From: Mucilaginibacter sp.
GTDB lineage: Bacteria > Bacteroidota > Bacteroidia > Sphingobacteriales > Sphingobacteriaceae
Reading direction: 5' to 3'
Length of the DNA stretch: 45,410 bases
NCBI GenBank assembly: GCA_029237615.1
Contig: JAQNCM010000411.1
Span: 1 to 45,410 of the forward strand
The notes under the pieces are model-generated. The model was not told the DNA's origin and did not search any database. It was given only the letters and a program-made list of their open reading frames with translations. Made by a program: the position numbers and the translations under genes. Of the stretch, positions 42,342-45,410 are shown piece after piece. Positions within the stretch are counted from its first letter, which is position 1. Every line of letters begins with the position of its first letter.

Positions 42342-42448
42342 TAAGGCGAAAGGAAGCTGCTTTAGTGAGGGGTAAAAGGCAAATGGGGCTTCAATTTTTA
42401 GAAGATGAACATAATCAGGCGTGGGCAGCCATATACATTCCCCCTCAC

Positions 42449-43102
42449 CTAAATGGTTATAATACCTGTTTTTACGGCAAATATTACCAGACCCACCAGG
42501 TTTTTAGCGTGTGTTTTTTCAAATAAGCGAGCCCGGTAACCCTCAACGGTGCGTACGCTTAAAAAAATTTTATCAGCAATTTCCTGGTTTGAATATTCCT
42601 GGCATACCAGTTTCAGTACTTCAATTTCACGTTCATTAAAATCGGCTAATGATTGCGCATTATTGCCGGCAACAGTATTTCCGGCCAACTGCTTGATAAG
42701 CGTAACAGACAGATTTTCGTTAAAATAATAATCCTTTTCATACACGGTTGATATGGCTTCAATAATCTCTTCGGGTTCGGCATTTTTTAACAAATATCCC
42801 GATGCACCGGCCTTCATCATGTCAACAATATATTTATCTTCATTAAACATGGAAAGTGCCAAAACTTTAATCCGGCAAAAATGCTGCTTAACATAAGCAG
42901 TGGTTTGTATGCCATCCATCTCGGGCATTTTTATATCCATCAGTATAACATCCGGCATAATTGAAGGCAGCAAGGCAATGAGTTGTTTGCCATTTGAGGC
43001 TTCAAATACCAAATCAAAATCAGCGCAATCCTCGAGCGTGGCTTTTAACCCATTTCTGAAAATCTTATGATCATCAGCAATCGCTAACTTGATTTTTTTC
43101 AT
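42449..43102 (-). CDS. NarL/LuxR family response regulator
   Basis: IADDH, LMDIKMP (phospho-Asp), GYLLKN, HTH REIEVL...SNQEIADKIFLSVRTVEGYR; ATG at 43102. Confidence 0.95.
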   Translation of the reverse strand: MKKIKLAIADDHKIFRNGLKATLEDCADFDLVFEASNGKQLIALLPSIMPDVILMDIKMPEMDGIQTTAYVKQHFCRIKVLALSMFNEDKYIVDMMKAGASGYLLKNAEPEEIIEAISTVYEKDYYFNENLSVTLIKQLAGNTVAGNNAQSLADFNEREIEVLKLVCQEYSNQEIADKIFLSVRTVEGYRARLFEKTHAKNLVGLVIFAVKTGIITI

Positions 43103-43141
43103 ATAAAAAAGACAGTTGATAAATATAGACAAAATGCCTGC

Positions 43142-43924
43142 TTATGACATCAGTACCCTTATTATAGTAATTGTACCGTTATGTGGTTTTGTATAAGTAT
43201 TAATTTTACCGTTAATTAATTGTACCCGGCTTTGCAGGTTTTTTAAGCCAAAGCCATGGTTAACAAGGTCCATATTGAAGCCTTTTCCATTGTCTTTAAA
43301 TTCCATTACAAGCCAGCCCGAGTCATTTGTAAGCGTTAAATGAATAAAACTTGCGCCAGAATGTTTAATGGCATTGCTAAATAACTCCTGCGCAATGCGG
43401 TAAAATGCCAGTTCCATTTCAGGTTTAAATCTTATTCCTGTCAGGTTTTTTTTAAATGTTACTTTAACATCAGTTGTTTCCTGAACCTTAACACACAAGC
43501 CTTCTAACGCTTCAAGTAATCCATAATCTGTAAGTACAGGCGGCAGCACGTTTCTAATGATGTTGCGTATTTCTACTATACACTCATCCGCGAGTTGCCT
43601 GGTATCTGCCAATAATGGCTCCGCTATTTCACCGGCACAGTTTTTATCGATCCTGTGAAGATTGAGCTTTATTGCTGATAGCACCTGCCCAACACTATCA
43701 TGAAGGTCTTCTGCAAGCCTTTTACGTTCATTTTCCTGGGTTTCAAATACTGCGTTTAATAAATCGGTTTGCTTTTCATCGTGCAGTTTGCGCAGGTCCA
43801 CCTGGTTTTTTATCATCTTCCGCTGATAGATGATCACGAAAATGAATAAAAAAATTATCAGGATAACAATTACAAGAGTACCTGTAATGAGTACCGATAT
43901 CAGGCTGTTTTCTGAGGTTTGCAA
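43142..43924 (-). CDS. HisKA_3 (NarX/ComP-class) histidine kinase with one TM and no sensor domain
   Basis: TTG start, 7-aa N-tail, single TM; ERKRLAEDLHDSVGQ H-box, QELFSNAIKHS N-box, DNGKGF, GFGL. Confidence 0.93.
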   Translation of the reverse strand: MQTSENSLISVLITGTLVIVILIIFLFIFVIIYQRKMIKNQVDLRKLHDEKQTDLLNAVFETQENERKRLAEDLHDSVGQVLSAIKLNLHRIDKNCAGEIAEPLLADTRQLADECIVEIRNIIRNVLPPVLTDYGLLEALEGLCVKVQETTDVKVTFKKNLTGIRFKPEMELAFYRIAQELFSNAIKHSGASFIHLTLTNDSGWLVMEFKDNGKGFNMDLVNHGFGLKNLQSRVQLINGKINTYTKPHNGTITIIRVLMS

Positions 43925-44541
43925 AGTAATCCGATAGTATATAAAACGTTAGCAATGATATTAGTTATAATATGGATCAGGTAATATTCCTGCTGCTGAT
44001 GTGCCTCAATGATCCTTCTAAAAAGCATAAACAAAAAAATATTTATAGAAAAATAGATCAGCACACCGGCATTAATCCAGAATAAGCCCAATTTATCTAT
44101 ATGTATAAACTCCTGCTTGTTTAACAGCTGAAAAAAATAAACCAATGAAAAGACAATAAGCAGTATACTTAAAACGGTGTTTGATATCGATGGATACTCT
44201 GATAAGTGCTCTATAAAGATAGCATTAATAATCACTAAGATCAGGGCAGCTACAGCCAAAATAACAATTGCTTTTTTTATTACAGGCATAGCGATGGCAT
44301 AGTAATAAATAGCCGAAAAAAATACGATGCTGATCACTATGAACAGGTGGATCCATGGTAGGTTATTATGCCCGGCCATTTTTGTTACTTCCAGTATTAA
44401 ATCAAACAAAGCCGACAGCAGGAAAAATGCCGCCGCAAGTTTTAATATTTTATCCAGATGTTTATAGTTATATAACGCAGCCAGTAGCGGCAAAAAACCA
44501 GACACTGTAGAAGCGACATTTAAATCGTAGGCTAAAGACAT
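43900..44541 (-). CDS. Seven-TM membrane protein of unknown function
   Basis: Seven hydrophobic segments with short loops (e.g. NNLPWIHLF, FWINAGVLIYF); overlaps the kinase start by 25 nt. Confidence 0.85.
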   Translation of the reverse strand: MSLAYDLNVASTVSGFLPLLAALYNYKHLDKILKLAAAFFLLSALFDLILEVTKMAGHNNLPWIHLFIVISIVFFSAIYYYAIAMPVIKKAIVILAVAALILVIINAIFIEHLSEYPSISNTVLSILLIVFSLVYFFQLLNKQEFIHIDKLGLFWINAGVLIYFSINIFLFMLFRRIIEAHQQQEYYLIHIITNIIANVLYTIGLLCKPQKTA

Positions 44542-44549
44542 ATTAATAG

Positions 44550-45026
44550 TTAATTTTCGCCGCCTGTCAAATCATTTAACGGGCATCCCGGAGAGCCCGG
44601 ACAGGGTGAAGATTGTTGCGCTAACATGTATTTTTTAGGAGCCCCAACATCTTTTAAATCATTTTTAGATAACGGGGCACCTAAGGGGTTGTTTAGCTGA
44701 TCTTTACCGTCACTTGATGCGCCTACAATAATTACATGTTTTTCTCCATCAACATTACCCGCAACCTTTGTTATAAAACGGCTTAACGACACCATTGAAC
44801 GCTGCCATCCGTTTAATGGTTTGCTATGGGCATGGTAGATGCGAACTCCCTGGCAATCATCCTGGGCAAGGATCTTTTGCAATATCTCTTTACCAAAAAA
44901 ATGTGATACGGGCTCGCCGGGGTGTTTATGCCTGTAATTTTTTGTCCAGCTTGCAGACAATTCAAAATCAAATTCTTCACCTTCCTTACCGGTGAGATGA
45001 ATTGAGGGCGCTTGTAATGCTTCCAT
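44550..45026 (-). CDS. Small hypothetical protein with C-terminal PCPGSPGCP motif
   Basis: ATG with an A-rich leader, 158 aa, no signal peptide; motifs W..NY, FGKEILQKIL, CQGVRIY, VIIVG; ends 8 nt before the 7TM gene. Confidence 0.8.
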   Translation of the reverse strand: MEALQAPSIHLTGKEGEEFDFELSASWTKNYRHKHPGEPVSHFFGKEILQKILAQDDCQGVRIYHAHSKPLNGWQRSMVSLSRFITKVAGNVDGEKHVIIVGASSDGKDQLNNPLGAPLSKNDLKDVGAPKKYMLAQQSSPCPGSPGCPLNDLTGGEN

Positions 45027-45198
45027 GTTTAAATTTTTTAGGTTGAGAAAAAATAACCGAATAAAATTAAGGTTAATTAGTTGCTATATCAACTTAGCTA
45101 ATTGAGCTGAATGTAATGTTTTAATTTGTTGCCAATTTGTAAATTGTTCATTATCAATAGCTAACTATAGCATCCTGGTTTTGGGTAACCAGCAACTT

Positions 45199-45235
45199 TG
45201 CGTAATTCTACGCAGCGGAAACCGTGTTAATACGG
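45199..45235. promoter_or_regulatory. Tandem palindromic operator-like sites upstream of the four-gene cassette
   Basis: TGCGTA-ATTC-TACGCA (45199-45214, perfect) and CCGTG-TTAA-TACGG (45222-45235, one mismatch); shared core CGTR-N4-TACG; centres 22 bp apart. Confidence 0.6.
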
Positions 45236-45410
45236 ACTAAAAAATAGGAATCAGTCGACTAGCAGCCATGTGTTGCCCGTAAAGATGACAGAAATTTATC
45301 GTAATCCATGGATAACAACACTGCTCACACGCAGTAAAAAGCGTCGGTTAATTATGATGTTTTTCCTTTAGCAGATCACGTAGCTTTAAAAATGAATTAA
45401 AAGGGCCTAC

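Noticed and set aside
43900-43924. Programmed frameshift fusing the 7TM protein to the kinase
   Set aside because: No slippery run in the overlap, and with N-out/C-in topology an eighth helix would place the kinase domain outside the cytoplasm; translational coupling is simpler.
43900-44541. 7TM protein as a microbial rhodopsin (photolyase nearby)
   Set aside because: No retinal-binding Lys in helix 7 (HIITNIIANVLY) and no helix-3 RY.DW-type motif.

Overview
Bacteroidota chromosomal window, judged Sphingobacteriaceae/Mucilaginibacter-like from the SusC/SusD pair, T9SS C-terminal domains and TAnnTTTG promoter boxes. Left to right: (1) an alpha-glucan-type PUL (SusR-like regulator, SusC, SusD, GH97), whose GH97 carries an in-frame TGA upstream of its catalytic motifs; (2) rlmF, DinB-like, isochorismatase-like, MBL hydrolase, LolC/E permease, a lipoprotein, rbfA and a signal-less M23 protein; (3) kup, preceded by a sigma54-like -24/-12 element and two tandem palindromes; (4) GH20, a carboxylesterase and a Tat-exported Gfo/Idh/MocA oxidoreductase; (5) three T9SS cargo genes (two paralogs sharing a ~350-aa C-terminal module, plus an S8/GEVED protease); (6) a small beta-barrel, ggt, MarR, two FKBP lipoproteins, a photolyase, a TIGR01777 protein, a Dabb protein, frr and an ABC exporter. 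The best candidate for an undescribed system is at the right end: a tightly coupled four-gene cassette (small protein with a C-terminal PCPGSPGC Cys loop, a stand-alone 7TM protein, a sensor-less one-TM HisKA_3 kinase and a NarL/LuxR regulator). Upstream of it lie two CGTR-N4-TACG palindromes 22 bp apart. The layout resembles a peptide-signalling (ComQXPA/Agr-like) circuit with a split receptor; that interpretation is inference. No rRNA, tRNA, CRISPR array or transposase was recognised. All family calls are from motifs read by eye, not database searches.
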